Positions 1-7,871 of a stretch of 12,231 bases of DNA are shown piece by piece. The position numbers were made by a program, and so were the translations under genes. This DNA is from Candidatus Hadarchaeota archaeon (lineage in GTDB: Archaea; CAYQAE01; CAYVLA01). Within the stretch, counting starts at the first letter, position 1, and each line of letters opens with the position of its first letter. Below the pieces are notes generated by a model. It was not told the origin of the DNA and ran no database searches. It saw nothing but the letters and a program-made list of their open reading frames with translations. The stretch is taken from positions 1 to 12,231 of the forward strand of contig CAYVLA010000095.1 of NCBI GenBank assembly GCA_964452145.1. Reading direction: 5' to 3'.

Positions 1-853
1 GTCAGGCTGGAAGGGTTCTTAAGCCACAGATACCTGGTATTCTTCAACACATCTCTAAGCGCAGTGTTCTGGGCCCTCTCCTGCCGCCTGACATCGTCAA
101 GAGCCTTGTTCACCATCGCCATAACATGGTATCTGTCAAAGGTTATCTCGGCCCAGGGGAAGCTCTGAGTGATGCCTAGGACGTAGGCCGAAGACATATC
201 TGAGCAGAACTCCTCAACCCGTCCAGGATCCACATCCTTTTTCTCTAACCAAACCAGTTCTTGAAGCGCCCGATTACCTTGGAGTCCTTACCCTCCTCTA
301 CATGGACAACACGGGACCTGTCAATATCGCAGAACACTGAGAGGTAGTTGTGTCCTTTTCTGATTGATGACTCATCTACATCCACCTTCCTAAGCCCGGT
401 GAGGTCCTGCCGCTTTCGGGCTTGTTGGACGTGGTGGTGGAGTATTCGCCAGGCAGAGTCATCATGGATTCCTGTGATCATGGAAGCTGCAGAAACCGAT
501 GTCTCCCTGCAGAGTATGAGCAGGAACAGCTCGAAGACTGTTGTGGCCCTGCCTTTAGGCCTGGACCAAGGTGGTGTGGTTGTCTTGGTGCCGTGTTGTG
601 GGCATTTGACTCTCGGCTGGTTGGCGTGGATGTAGGCGGGGTACTGGAAGAAGTTCAGGTGTCTCCACGTCCGTTCCCTGGTGTCGTGTATCTCGCATAA
701 CGCACGGCACTCGGGGCACGGGAATCTTGCACCGGTTCTGAAGGCCAGGTAGATGTCTACCTGTAGTTTGCGGGTGTCAAACACCACATTCTCGACATAC
801 CATGGCTCCTCTAGGTTGAGGGCCTTCCCGAAGAGATCCTCCTCCGTAGGCAT
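1..853 (-). pseudogene. ISL3-family transposase, frameshifted
   Basis: 853..245 shows ISL3 motifs (CPEC, HDTRERTWRHLNFFQYPAYIHANQPRVKCPQHG, VDESSIRKGHNYLSVFCD). After the TAG at 247-245, another frame continues WLEKKDVDPGRVEEFCSDMSSAYVLGITQSFPWAEITFDRYHVMAMVNKALDDVRRQE...KNTRYLWLKNP to the window edge. The shift coincides with a tandem AACCA-AACCA at 247-256. Confidence 0.9.
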
Positions 854-912
854 GCCAACTCAAACCACCCACAAACACCTTAAAGCTTACCCACCATAAA
901 CTGTAGAGAACC
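1..912 (-). mobile_element. ISL3-family insertion sequence, left part (continues beyond position 1)
   Basis: Carries an ISL3-type transposase. On the minus strand a terminus starting GGTTCTCTACAG begins at 912, matching the GG(T/C)TCT start typical of ISL3 inverted repeats. The AT-rich flank AAAGTTCT (913-920) is a candidate 8-bp target duplication; the other end is outside the window. Confidence 0.8.
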
Positions 913-974
913 AAAGTTCTTTGTACCCAACGGTTAATACTCAGGATCAGAGAATTGAGCTGGTGGTAGGAAAT

Positions 975-1742
975 ATGCCCTGTGTTAATAACCAAGGAGT
1001 TCGCATACACTATGAAGTCGAAGGGAAAGGGCCACCTCTTGTGCTTCTGCATGGTTTAGGCGGCAACTTGAAGATGTGGTATGATTCAGGCTATGAGAAG
1101 CTGGGCAAAGATCACCAGCTTATCTTGATGGACGTTCGTGGACATGGTGCCAGTGATAAGCCACACGATCCAGAATCCTACAAGTTGGAACTGCTGGTAT
1201 CCGACGTCGTTGCCGTGTTAGATGATCTCAGCATCAACAAGGCCCACTTCTTCGGGTACTCAATGGGCGGGTGGATAGGCTTTGGCATTGCGAAGTACGC
1301 TCCTGAACGCTTCATGTCTCTGATCATAGGTGGCAAGAGCCCATATGAGGCAGACCCGGACAAACCTAACTACTTTCTTCAGGTTTACAGGAAAGGAATG
1401 GACGCTACACTTGCCATGGTAGAGAAGATGTTTGGACCGCGGTTGACACCCGAGCTAGAGGCCCAGTTTAGGGCAGCCGACCTTGAAGCCTTGATCGCCC
1501 TAGTATCGTCGAGGGACTGGCGGCTCGGCTTTGAAGATGTCTTGCCGACCATGACTATGCCATGTTTGCTCTTTGCAGGTGAGGCTGACTCTTCGCGTTC
1601 CGGTATGCGCAGGTGCGTTGAGAATATGCCTAATGCAACCTTTGTCTCCCTGCCAGGTCTCGACCATGTAGAAACACTTTACCGAAGCGACTTGGTGCTA
1701 CCTCACATTATCGAATTCTTGGCAAATGCAGATCATATGTGA
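975..1742 (+). CDS. Alpha/beta fold hydrolase (Abhydrolase_1/MenH-like)
   Basis: IHYEVEGKGPPLVLLHG, DVRGHGASD, nucleophile elbow GYSMGG, GEAD and C-terminal GLDH. Likely start is ATG 975 after GGTGGTAGGA, with TATA-like TTAATA at 934-939. Confidence 0.9.
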   Translation: MPCVNNQGVRIHYEVEGKGPPLVLLHGLGGNLKMWYDSGYEKLGKDHQLILMDVRGHGASDKPHDPESYKLELLVSDVVAVLDDLSINKAHFFGYSMGGWIGFGIAKYAPERFMSLIIGGKSPYEADPDKPNYFLQVYRKGMDATLAMVEKMFGPRLTPELEAQFRAADLEALIALVSSRDWRLGFEDVLPTMTMPCLLFAGEADSSRSGMRRCVENMPNATFVSLPGLDHVETLYRSDLVLPHIIEFLANADHM

Positions 1743-2018
1743 AGGCGCGAACTTGCCCTCGGTGCGATCTCATCCGAATGGCGCCGTGCGTTAAGGCCTA
1801 CCGACGATCTTGACCCACCTGCTTGCTTAGGCCCAGCAGACCTTTGGCCGGTGCTTCAATGCTCCGAGTTGGCTGTGGAATGCTGAAAGGTGCGGAGGGC
1901 ATCCGGGGCAGGGAAGAGGACTCGCAGAGCATCTTGCGCCAGCTGGCATATCATATTTCACACGGGATCCGGACCAGAAGTTGTGTTGAGAATCCGCTGG
2001 GTCCCTGCCTGCATAGTC

Positions 2019-3344
2019 ATGGCGGGCCCGAGGTCACCGTGTGGCGTGGTGCTTGCCGCGGGTCTCCTTCTCAGCTTCTGCATCTCTACCATCCCGTCCG
2101 GGGCCGGGGCCTCGCTGGGGTTCCAGAAGGGCATGTCCTACACCGCCTGGTCCCACGACACCTACCTCTTTCCCCGGTCCGACGAGTCCCTGCTCCGCAT
2201 GGCCGCGGCCAACGTGGAGTGGGTCGCCATCTGCTTCTGGTGGTTCCAGGACGACATCCTCTCCACCAGGATATACCCCCGCCCCGATCTCTACACAGCC
2301 TCCAACGAGTCGATCGTCCACGCCATAGAGACGGCCCATTCCCTGGGCCTGAAGGTGATGCTCAAGCCCATGGTGGACGCGGTCGGCCCGTCGTGGCGCG
2401 GGCTGATCCCGCCCTCGGCAGCGTGGTTCGAGAGCTACGGTAGGTTCATCAGCTCATTCGCCGAACTCGCCGAGGAGACGGGGGTCGAACTCTACTGCGT
2501 TGGCTGCGAGTTGGACGCGGTCGGCCCGTCGTGGCGCGGGCTGATCCCGCCCTCGGCAGCGGAGACGGGGGTCGAACTCTACTGCGTTGGCTGCGAGTTC
2601 GACTTCAACGACATCGCCGAATCCGACTGGCGGGGGATCGTCTCGGGGGTGAGGTCGCGCTACTCCGGCCCCCTTACCTACGCCGCCGGGCCCGCCAGAG
2701 TGGCGGCCATCCGGTGGTGGGACGCCCTGGATTACGTCGGGATCGACGCCTACTACCCCCTCTCAAACGGCACCGACCCGACCATGGACGAGCTGGTGAA
2801 GAGCTGGAACGCGGTCGCGGACGTCATCGAGGAATGGCAGGCCGGTGTGGGGAAGCCCGTGATCTTCACGGAGGTCGGGTACCGGAGCGGGGACGGGGCC
2901 AACAGGGCGCCGTGGAACTGGCACGTGGAGCTCCAGGTCGACCTTCAGGAGCAGGCTGACTGCTACGGGGCCGCCTTCTCGGTCCTGTGGAACAGGAGCT
3001 GGTTTCACGGGTCATACTGGTGGAACTGGGAGACGGAACCGCAGGCCGGGGGAGATAGGGACGACGGATACACGCCCCAGAACAAGCCCGCTCAGCAGGT
3101 GCTTGCCGACTGGTACGCCCTTGACTGGGATGGGAGGGTGTTCCCCGTCGCTTTCCCCTGCTCTGGCGCGGCCCTGTTGGTGGTTCTTGCCGTCTTGGTC
3201 AGGGGGCGGACCAGTAGAAAGGGCGATAGTGCGAGGTGCCAAGATCAGACAGGACCGGAAGAAGTCGTCAGTTATGGATACTTCCAGATCGTGTACCTTC
3301 AGAAGGGCGACAACATACCGGTCATTGCCGTCCTGCTCAGGTGA
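2019..3344 (+). CDS. Secreted/membrane-anchored glycoside hydrolase, GH113 (beta-mannanase-like TIM barrel), with internal duplication and foreign C-terminal tail
   Basis: Hydrophobic N-terminal signal (GVVLAAGLLLSFCIS); motifs FQKGMSY, GLKVMLKPMVD, YCVGCE (acid/base), LTYAA, WWDALDYVGIDAYYPL, KPVIFTEVGY (nucleophile), WWNW; C-terminal hydrophobic anchor AALLVVLAVLV followed by basic residues. Start uncertain (ATG 2019 or TTG 1986). Confidence 0.8.
   Translation: MAGPRSPCGVVLAAGLLLSFCISTIPSGAGASLGFQKGMSYTAWSHDTYLFPRSDESLLRMAAANVEWVAICFWWFQDDILSTRIYPRPDLYTASNESIVHAIETAHSLGLKVMLKPMVDAVGPSWRGLIPPSAAWFESYGRFISSFAELAEETGVELYCVGCELDAVGPSWRGLIPPSAAETGVELYCVGCEFDFNDIAESDWRGIVSGVRSRYSGPLTYAAGPARVAAIRWWDALDYVGIDAYYPLSNGTDPTMDELVKSWNAVADVIEEWQAGVGKPVIFTEVGYRSGDGANRAPWNWHVELQVDLQEQADCYGAAFSVLWNRSWFHGSYWWNWETEPQAGGDRDDGYTPQNKPAQQVLADWYALDWDGRVFPVAFPCSGAALLVVLAVLVRGRTSRKGDSARCQDQTGPEEVVSYGYFQIVYLQKGDNIPVIAVLLR
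2374..2599 (+). repeat. Exact internal duplication, A-X-B-A-B
   Basis: A (50 bp) at 2374-2423 and 2512-2561; B (39 bp) at 2474-2512 and 2561-2599; X (2424-2473) is absent from the second unit. Net insertion 87 bp, in frame. Confidence 0.95.
3214..3344 (+). pseudogene. 3' remnant of a DUF4258-like (RelE/BrnT-like) toxin gene, frameshifted
   Basis: One frame reads VERAIVRGAKIRQDRK and the GH frame then reads VVSYGYFQIVYLQKGDNIPVIAVLLR*. Joined, this resembles archaeal DUF4258 proteins, which typically precede YgiT-type zinc-finger genes as here. Recognised by eye. Confidence 0.5.
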
Positions 3345-3348
3345 TTGT

Positions 3349-3695
3349 ATGAGCGGAAGAGTGCGGTGTCTTGTCTGCGGCAAGGGATTCCTCGAGCCCG
3401 CAAAGGTCGAGGAGAAGATGTACGGCATCAGCCTGGGCACTTTCGAGGGGGAGGTGTGTGAGAAGTGCGGCGAAACCTTCCTGAAGGATGATGAGATGGA
3501 CAGGGCGGAGACGCGGGCCAGGGAGCTTGGTCTCTATGGGCTGGAGGGGAAGGTGAAGATAGGGAAGCCAGGAAAGTCCTGATAGTCCGGATCCTGGCCA
3601 GGATTGCGGATTTTCTGGATCAGGAACCCGGGCGGGAGGTACTCCTGTTGCCTAAGGGAAAGGATCGCCTGGTTCTTGAGCCCGAGAGCAGGTAG
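3349..3695 (+). pseudogene. YgiT/MqsA-type zinc finger plus AbrB/MazE-like DNA-binding domain antitoxin, frameshifted
   Basis: ATG 3349 after AGGTGA; CLVC...CEKCGETF zinc ribbon; KVKIGKPGKS stops at 3582, but the shifted frame from 3579 gives LIVRILARIADFLDQEPGREVLLLPKGKDRLVLEPESR* (TAG 3693-3695), an AbrB-like GxSLxVRIPxxIAxxL pattern. Confidence 0.7.
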
Positions 3696-3822
3696 TGTGC
3701 TGTGATGCACTGAAGGCGGGAGCGCAATGGCAGGCCTTGCGCCCCATTGTTTTCCTTGGAGTCCTAGCTAATCTGGCGCAGTACTCATGGAATGCGGGAA
3801 CGGCCGAACATTTCGGGGTCTT

Positions 3823-3850
3823 GATATGTGCATACCGATATGTGCATACC
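3823..3850. repeat. Perfect 14-bp tandem repeat GATATGTGCATACC x2
   Basis: Copies at 3823-3836 and 3837-3850, each containing the inverted motif TATG-N2-CATA. Confidence 0.9.
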
Positions 3851-3877
3851 TGCTGTTGCGCTCCTCCAGCACGAACA

Positions 3878-3912
3878 GTTAAATGCATGTCATACAAGTA
3901 TGATACTGGTGA
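3878..3912 (+). promoter_or_regulatory. vapBC promoter with palindromic operator and SD
   Basis: TATA-like TTAAAT (3879-3884), perfect inverted repeat TCATAC-AA-GTATGA (3890-3903), SD GGTGA (3908-3912) before GTG 3919. Confidence 0.6.
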
Positions 3913-3918
3913 CCCAAG

Positions 3919-4155
3919 GTGAACATCACGATAAGGGATCTTGACGAGAGAGTCTACAGAAGATTCAAGGCCAAGGCCGTTGGAGAGGGCGTCAAGATCG
4001 GAGATGCCGTTACCCAGGCGATGACTCTCTGGATATCCGAGACCGGAGATCGGCCTCGATCGAGGCTCAGCGAAATCCCGTCCTTTGACTGGGGGAAGGG
4101 AACGGAGCGGAGCAGCGAGGAGATCGACGGGATTCTCTACGGAGGAAAGAGATGA
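3919..4155 (+). CDS. vapB: VapB-type antitoxin, ribbon-helix-helix (FitA-like)
   Basis: MNITIRDLDERVYRRFKAKA RHH N-terminus; C-terminal SEEIDGILYG typical of archaeal VapB; ATGA overlap with the PIN-domain gene. Confidence 0.8.
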   Translation: MNITIRDLDERVYRRFKAKAVGEGVKIGDAVTQAMTLWISETGDRPRSRLSEIPSFDWGKGTERSSEEIDGILYGGKR

Positions 4156-4559
4156 TACTGTTAGACTCCAGTCTCATCGTTGCCTACTCCAACAAGGCCG
4201 ATCAGAATCACGGTGTCTCCTGCGATATAGTGCGCAGGATAGACGGAGGCGAGTTCGGCACGCCGGTCACAACCGACTACGTTTTCGATGAATCCGTCAC
4301 CGTCATGCTGGCGAGAACGGGCAGCCTCTTGAGGTCCAGGCGCCTCGGCGAACTCCTACTGGCCTCAACCTACATGATCAGGATTGGCCCCGAGGCATTC
4401 GGCCTTGCTTGGAAGAGGTTCAGCAACCAGGGGCGCGGCAAGCTGAGCTTCACGGACTGCACGAGCATAGCCGTGTGCAAGCAGGGAGGCATACCGAACA
4501 TAGGCACCTTTGATGAGGGATTCCGGTCAGTCGAGGGCCTCAATGTCGTTCGGGAGTAG
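4152..4559 (+). CDS. vapC: VapC PIN-domain ribonuclease toxin
   Basis: MILLDSS, D-x-x-H, VFDESVT, LSFTDCTS, TFDEGF: the acidic PIN residues are present; 135 aa. Confidence 0.92.
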   Translation: MILLDSSLIVAYSNKADQNHGVSCDIVRRIDGGEFGTPVTTDYVFDESVTVMLARTGSLLRSRRLGELLLASTYMIRIGPEAFGLAWKRFSNQGRGKLSFTDCTSIAVCKQGGIPNIGTFDEGFRSVEGLNVVRE

Positions 4560-4653
4560 CACATCCGCATAGCGCCACTGCGGGGAGCCCCAATCGCGGG
4601 GTCTTCGGTAGACGCAGCAAAGCGGCCATAGCATGCATCTGTTTCAGTGTATC

Positions 4654-4722
4654 TCACTGCATCAGGGAGGCTTCCCTGTCGGCGGGCCCGGCCATCCTCG
4701 AGTATCCGGCAAGGTAACCCTT
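4654..4722 (-). pseudogene. Displaced, diverged copy of the ilvD 3' end
   Basis: 4661-4720 matches 5009-5068 at 50/60 nt without gaps. It translates [22 protein letters not shown] versus ilv[22 protein letters not shown]. Confidence 0.85.
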
Positions 4723-5004
4723 TTGCCAATCTACCAGAGGGTCAATCCAAAACTTGGGTTACCATGACATGACTCTCCACTTCCTCTCTCGTAATCGAGG
4801 TGGGGGGAGCTTCCCCTTCTCCCATAGTCCGTAGCTGGTGCCGAAGGGGGCGCTAAGGGCCTCTGACTGGCCGATTCCACTTCTTGCCATCGAATTGGCG
4901 GCATAGGACAGGGGAGAAGAGGTCCGTCCCCACGAGCCCTAATCACAAGTTCGTTGCCCCGCCGTAGGCCTCGCCGAGGCCCAGTCTTCCCCGCTGCTCG
5001 GCCA

Positions 5005-6663
5005 CTAGATCAGGGAGGCGCCCCTGTCGGCGGGGCCCGCCATCCTGGAGTACCTCCCAAGGTAGCCCCCGATCGGCCTTGCCCTCATCTCCTCGATCTT
5101 CGAGCGGGCCTTCTCCATCCGAAGACCGATCTCGTCGGCCCCAAGCACCACGTTCAGGCTGCGCTTCGGTACGTTGATGGAGACCATGTCTCCGTCCTCC
5201 ACGGCGGCGATGGGGCCTGCGTCCATGGCCTCGGGGCTCACATGGCCGATGCACAGGCCCCTGGTCCCGCCCGAGAAGCGACCATCCGTGATGAGTCCTA
5301 CCTTGTCAATCATGCCCATGCCGACAAGGGAGGCCGTCGGCGAGAGCATCTCCGGCATGCCGGGTGCGCCCCTCACCCCGACGTAGCGGATGACCACGAC
5401 ATCCCCGTCCCTTATCGAGCCCGACAGGATCGCCTCCATGGAATCCTGCTCCGTGTCGAAGACCCGGGCGGGCCCCCTGTGGACGAGCATGCTCCTGGGC
5501 ACCCCGGGCATCTTGACCACCGAGCCCATCGGGGCCAGGTTGCCCTTCAGGACGCCGATCCCACCCTCGGGGTGGAAGGCATTCTCCCTGGTCCGGATCA
5601 CCTCGTCGTTCATGACCTGCCCCGCCCTCGCGACATCGGCCATGCCCGTCCCGGAGACGGTCGGGGAGTCCCTGATATGCTCCTTCAGGCGGCTCAGTAT
5701 GCCGGGAACCCCGCCCGCCTCGTGGAGATCCTCCATGAAGTAGGGCCCGAAGGGGCGTATCGAGCAGATGTTGGGCGTCTCCCTGGAGACCTCGTCGAAG
5801 CGCTCCATGGGTATCTCGATCCCCAGCTCCCGGGCGATCGCGGGGAGATGAAGGACCGTATTCGACGAGCCGCCTATGGCCATATCCATCCTGATGGCGT
5901 TCTCGAACGCTGCCTCCGTCATGATCTTGGAGGGCGTGAGGTTCTCCCTGATTAGCTTGACTATCCTTTGGCCGGACCGACGAGCCATCTCCATCCTCCT
6001 CGGATCATCCGCCAGCACGCTGGCAGAGCCAGCCAGGCACATGCCCAAGGCTTCCGTGATGTAGGCCATGGTATTCGCCGTGAAGAGTCCGGCACATGAC
6101 CCAGCCCCGGGGCAACCCAGCTCCGCGACCTTCTCGGCCTCCTCCTCGCTCAGCTTGCCTGCCTTGACCCTCCCAACGGCCTCGAAGCAGGAGATCACAT
6201 CCAGCCTCTCGTCCCCCAGCCGTCCGGCCCTCATGGGGCCCCCGGTCACGATGATCGCCGGGATGTCCAGCCTGCCGCAGGCCATGAGCATACCGGGGGT
6301 GATCTTGTCGCAGTTGGTCACACCTACCCAACCATCGTAGCTGTGGGACAGAACAACGGCCTCTATGGAATCGGCCACGAGTTCCCGGGATGGCAGGGAG
6401 TAGCGCATCTCAACGTTCATTGCTAACCCGTCACATACGGAGGGCACGCCGAAACCCAGCGGGACCCCGCCTGCGTCCCTGACGCCCCCGGCTATCTCCC
6501 TGGCAAGCTCCATCATGTGTATGTGACCCGGAACGGCTTCGTTCCAGGAGTTCGCTATGGCCACCAGGGGCTTGTCGAAGTCCTCTGCCCTAAGGCCGCA
6601 AGCCCTCAGGAGAGCCCTGTGCGGTATCCGCTCCACTCCCTTCTTCATCGCGTCGCTTCTCAT
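5005..6663 (-). CDS. ilvD: Dihydroxy-acid dehydratase
   Basis: [91 protein letters not shown]. Start MRSDAMKKG at ATG 6663, with SD AGGTGA overlapping the upstream stop. Confidence 0.96.
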   Translation of the reverse strand: MRSDAMKKGVERIPHRALLRACGLRAEDFDKPLVAIANSWNEAVPGHIHMMELAREIAGGVRDAGGVPLGFGVPSVCDGLAMNVEMRYSLPSRELVADSIEAVVLSHSYDGWVGVTNCDKITPGMLMACGRLDIPAIIVTGGPMRAGRLGDERLDVISCFEAVGRVKAGKLSEEEAEKVAELGCPGAGSCAGLFTANTMAYITEALGMCLAGSASVLADDPRRMEMARRSGQRIVKLIRENLTPSKIMTEAAFENAIRMDMAIGGSSNTVLHLPAIARELGIEIPMERFDEVSRETPNICSIRPFGPYFMEDLHEAGGVPGILSRLKEHIRDSPTVSGTGMADVARAGQVMNDEVIRTRENAFHPEGGIGVLKGNLAPMGSVVKMPGVPRSMLVHRGPARVFDTEQDSMEAILSGSIRDGDVVVIRYVGVRGAPGMPEMLSPTASLVGMGMIDKVGLITDGRFSGGTRGLCIGHVSPEAMDAGPIAAVEDGDMVSINVPKRSLNVVLGADEIGLRMEKARSKIEEMRARPIGGYLGRYSRMAGPADRGASLI

Positions 6664-6667
6664 AGTT

Positions 6668-7717
6668 TCACCTTGCCGACTTGAACTGCGTGACCGTTTC
6701 CTTGAGCCCGCTGCAGAGATCGTAGTCGGGCTCAAATCCGATCTCGCTGCGGATCATGGCCGTATCGGCCCAGCTGTGACGGATGTCCCCAGGCCTGGCC
6801 GAACGGTGATCAGCTCGGGCCACAATTCCCAGGTGGCCGCCCAGCAGGTCCAGCAGCCGGTTGATTGTGGTCGGCACCCCGCTGGCAACGTTGTATGCCT
6901 TGCCAGCGGCCTTCGACGACTCGGCGGCCATGCAGTTCGCCTTGGCTACATCGGCCACGTATATGAAGTCCCTTGTCTGGTTCCCGTCGCCGAATATCGT
7001 CGGCCGGCGGCCCGACAGCAGGCAGCTGATGAATCTCGGTATCACGGCCGCGTACTCAGATGAGGGGTCCTGTCTGGGCCCGTAGACGTTGAAGTATCGG
7101 AGGCTCACCGCATTGATCCCGTAGAGCTTGGCGAAGACTGTGCAGTAGTGCTCGGCGGCGAGCTTGGAGGCTCCGTACGGGGAAACCGGCCTCGGCCTTG
7201 TGTCCTCGGAGACAGGTGGGGTTGTGGAATCCCCATACACAGCTGATGACGACGCGCAGATGAGTGCTTCGACGTTGCCTTCGACGGCCGCCCTCAAGCA
7301 GGAAAGCGTCCCCTCTACATTCGCCCTGTTGGTGCGAAGCGGGTCCTGAAGAGATGGTTGGACCCCGGGTATTCCGGCCTGGTGGAGCACCAGATCAACG
7401 TCCTTCATGAGCCGGGACAATGCCTTCGTCTCGCATACGTCCATCTTGGCAAAGGAGCAGTTGGATCTTCGCTGGGCCCAGCCGAGGTTCGCAGGCTTAC
7501 CGAGGGAGAGATCGTCCACGAGGACGACCGTGTTCGAGGAATCCGCGGATATCATCTCGCCCAAGTTGCTGCCGATGAACCCGGCTCCCCCCGTGATCAT
7601 CACGGACCGGCTTTTCAGCAGACTGCGGCCAGAATCTCCCAACGGCTCCGCCTCGGAGATCGAGCAGCTTCCCAGAAGCATATCAATCTTTTGCGGCCCA
7701 GTCTCAGTTTCGCCCAC
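6668..7717 (-). CDS. NAD-dependent epimerase/dehydratase (UDP-Glc/GlcNAc 4-epimerase, GalE/WbpP-like SDR)
   Basis: [26 protein letters not shown] (YxxxK), [28 protein letters not shown]. Start uncertain. Confidence 0.92.
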   Translation of the reverse strand: MGETETGPQKIDMLLGSCSISEAEPLGDSGRSLLKSRSVMITGGAGFIGSNLGEMISADSSNTVVLVDDLSLGKPANLGWAQRRSNCSFAKMDVCETKALSRLMKDVDLVLHQAGIPGVQPSLQDPLRTNRANVEGTLSCLRAAVEGNVEALICASSSAVYGDSTTPPVSEDTRPRPVSPYGASKLAAEHYCTVFAKLYGINAVSLRYFNVYGPRQDPSSEYAAVIPRFISCLLSGRRPTIFGDGNQTRDFIYVADVAKANCMAAESSKAAGKAYNVASGVPTTINRLLDLLGGHLGIVARADHRSARPGDIRHSWADTAMIRSEIGFEPDYDLCSGLKETVTQFKSAR

Positions 7718-7871
7718 CGTGCCGAATCGGCCCTCGCGGACCTTAGGGATTAAGGCGATTACTCGAGCGAAAATGCCGACTCCGGGTTAGAGGATCTTGC
7801 AGTCCCTTGCTAGGTCGTGGAGCCTCCCGGCTCTGGCCCTGCCACAGCGGCAACCGGTCCGCCACAGGCGG

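Noticed and set aside
921..974. N-terminal extensions in the ORF track (hydrolase from 921; likewise ilvD from 6735 and cinA from 8699)
   Set aside because: Family-like sequence starts at ATG 975, 6663 and 8630; the extensions cover promoter/SD elements or overlap the neighbouring gene.
2374..2599. Repeats considered as a CRISPR array or a DGR template/variable repeat pair
   Set aside because: Only two exact copies, inside a coding frame, with no unique spacers, no adenine-specific mismatches, and no cas or reverse transcriptase gene in the window.
3652..3922. Cys-containing ORFs 3652-3897 (-) and 3695-3922 (+)
   Set aside because: They overlap the vapBC promoter and the tandem repeat, with no recognisable motif or start signals.
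4723..5004. Spacer between the two ilvD tails, including short minus-strand ORFs (4731-4946 and MGEGEAPPTSITREEVESHVMVTQVLD)
   Set aside because: No integrase fragment, tRNA, terminal repeats or recognisable protein found by eye.
4954..5955. 333-aa plus-strand ORF and other long overlapping ORFs (1823-2443, 6557-7063, 8244-8762, 11089-11721)
   Set aside because: Antisense or alternate-frame shadows of well-supported genes in GC-rich DNA, with Arg/Pro/Gly-biased composition and no motifs.
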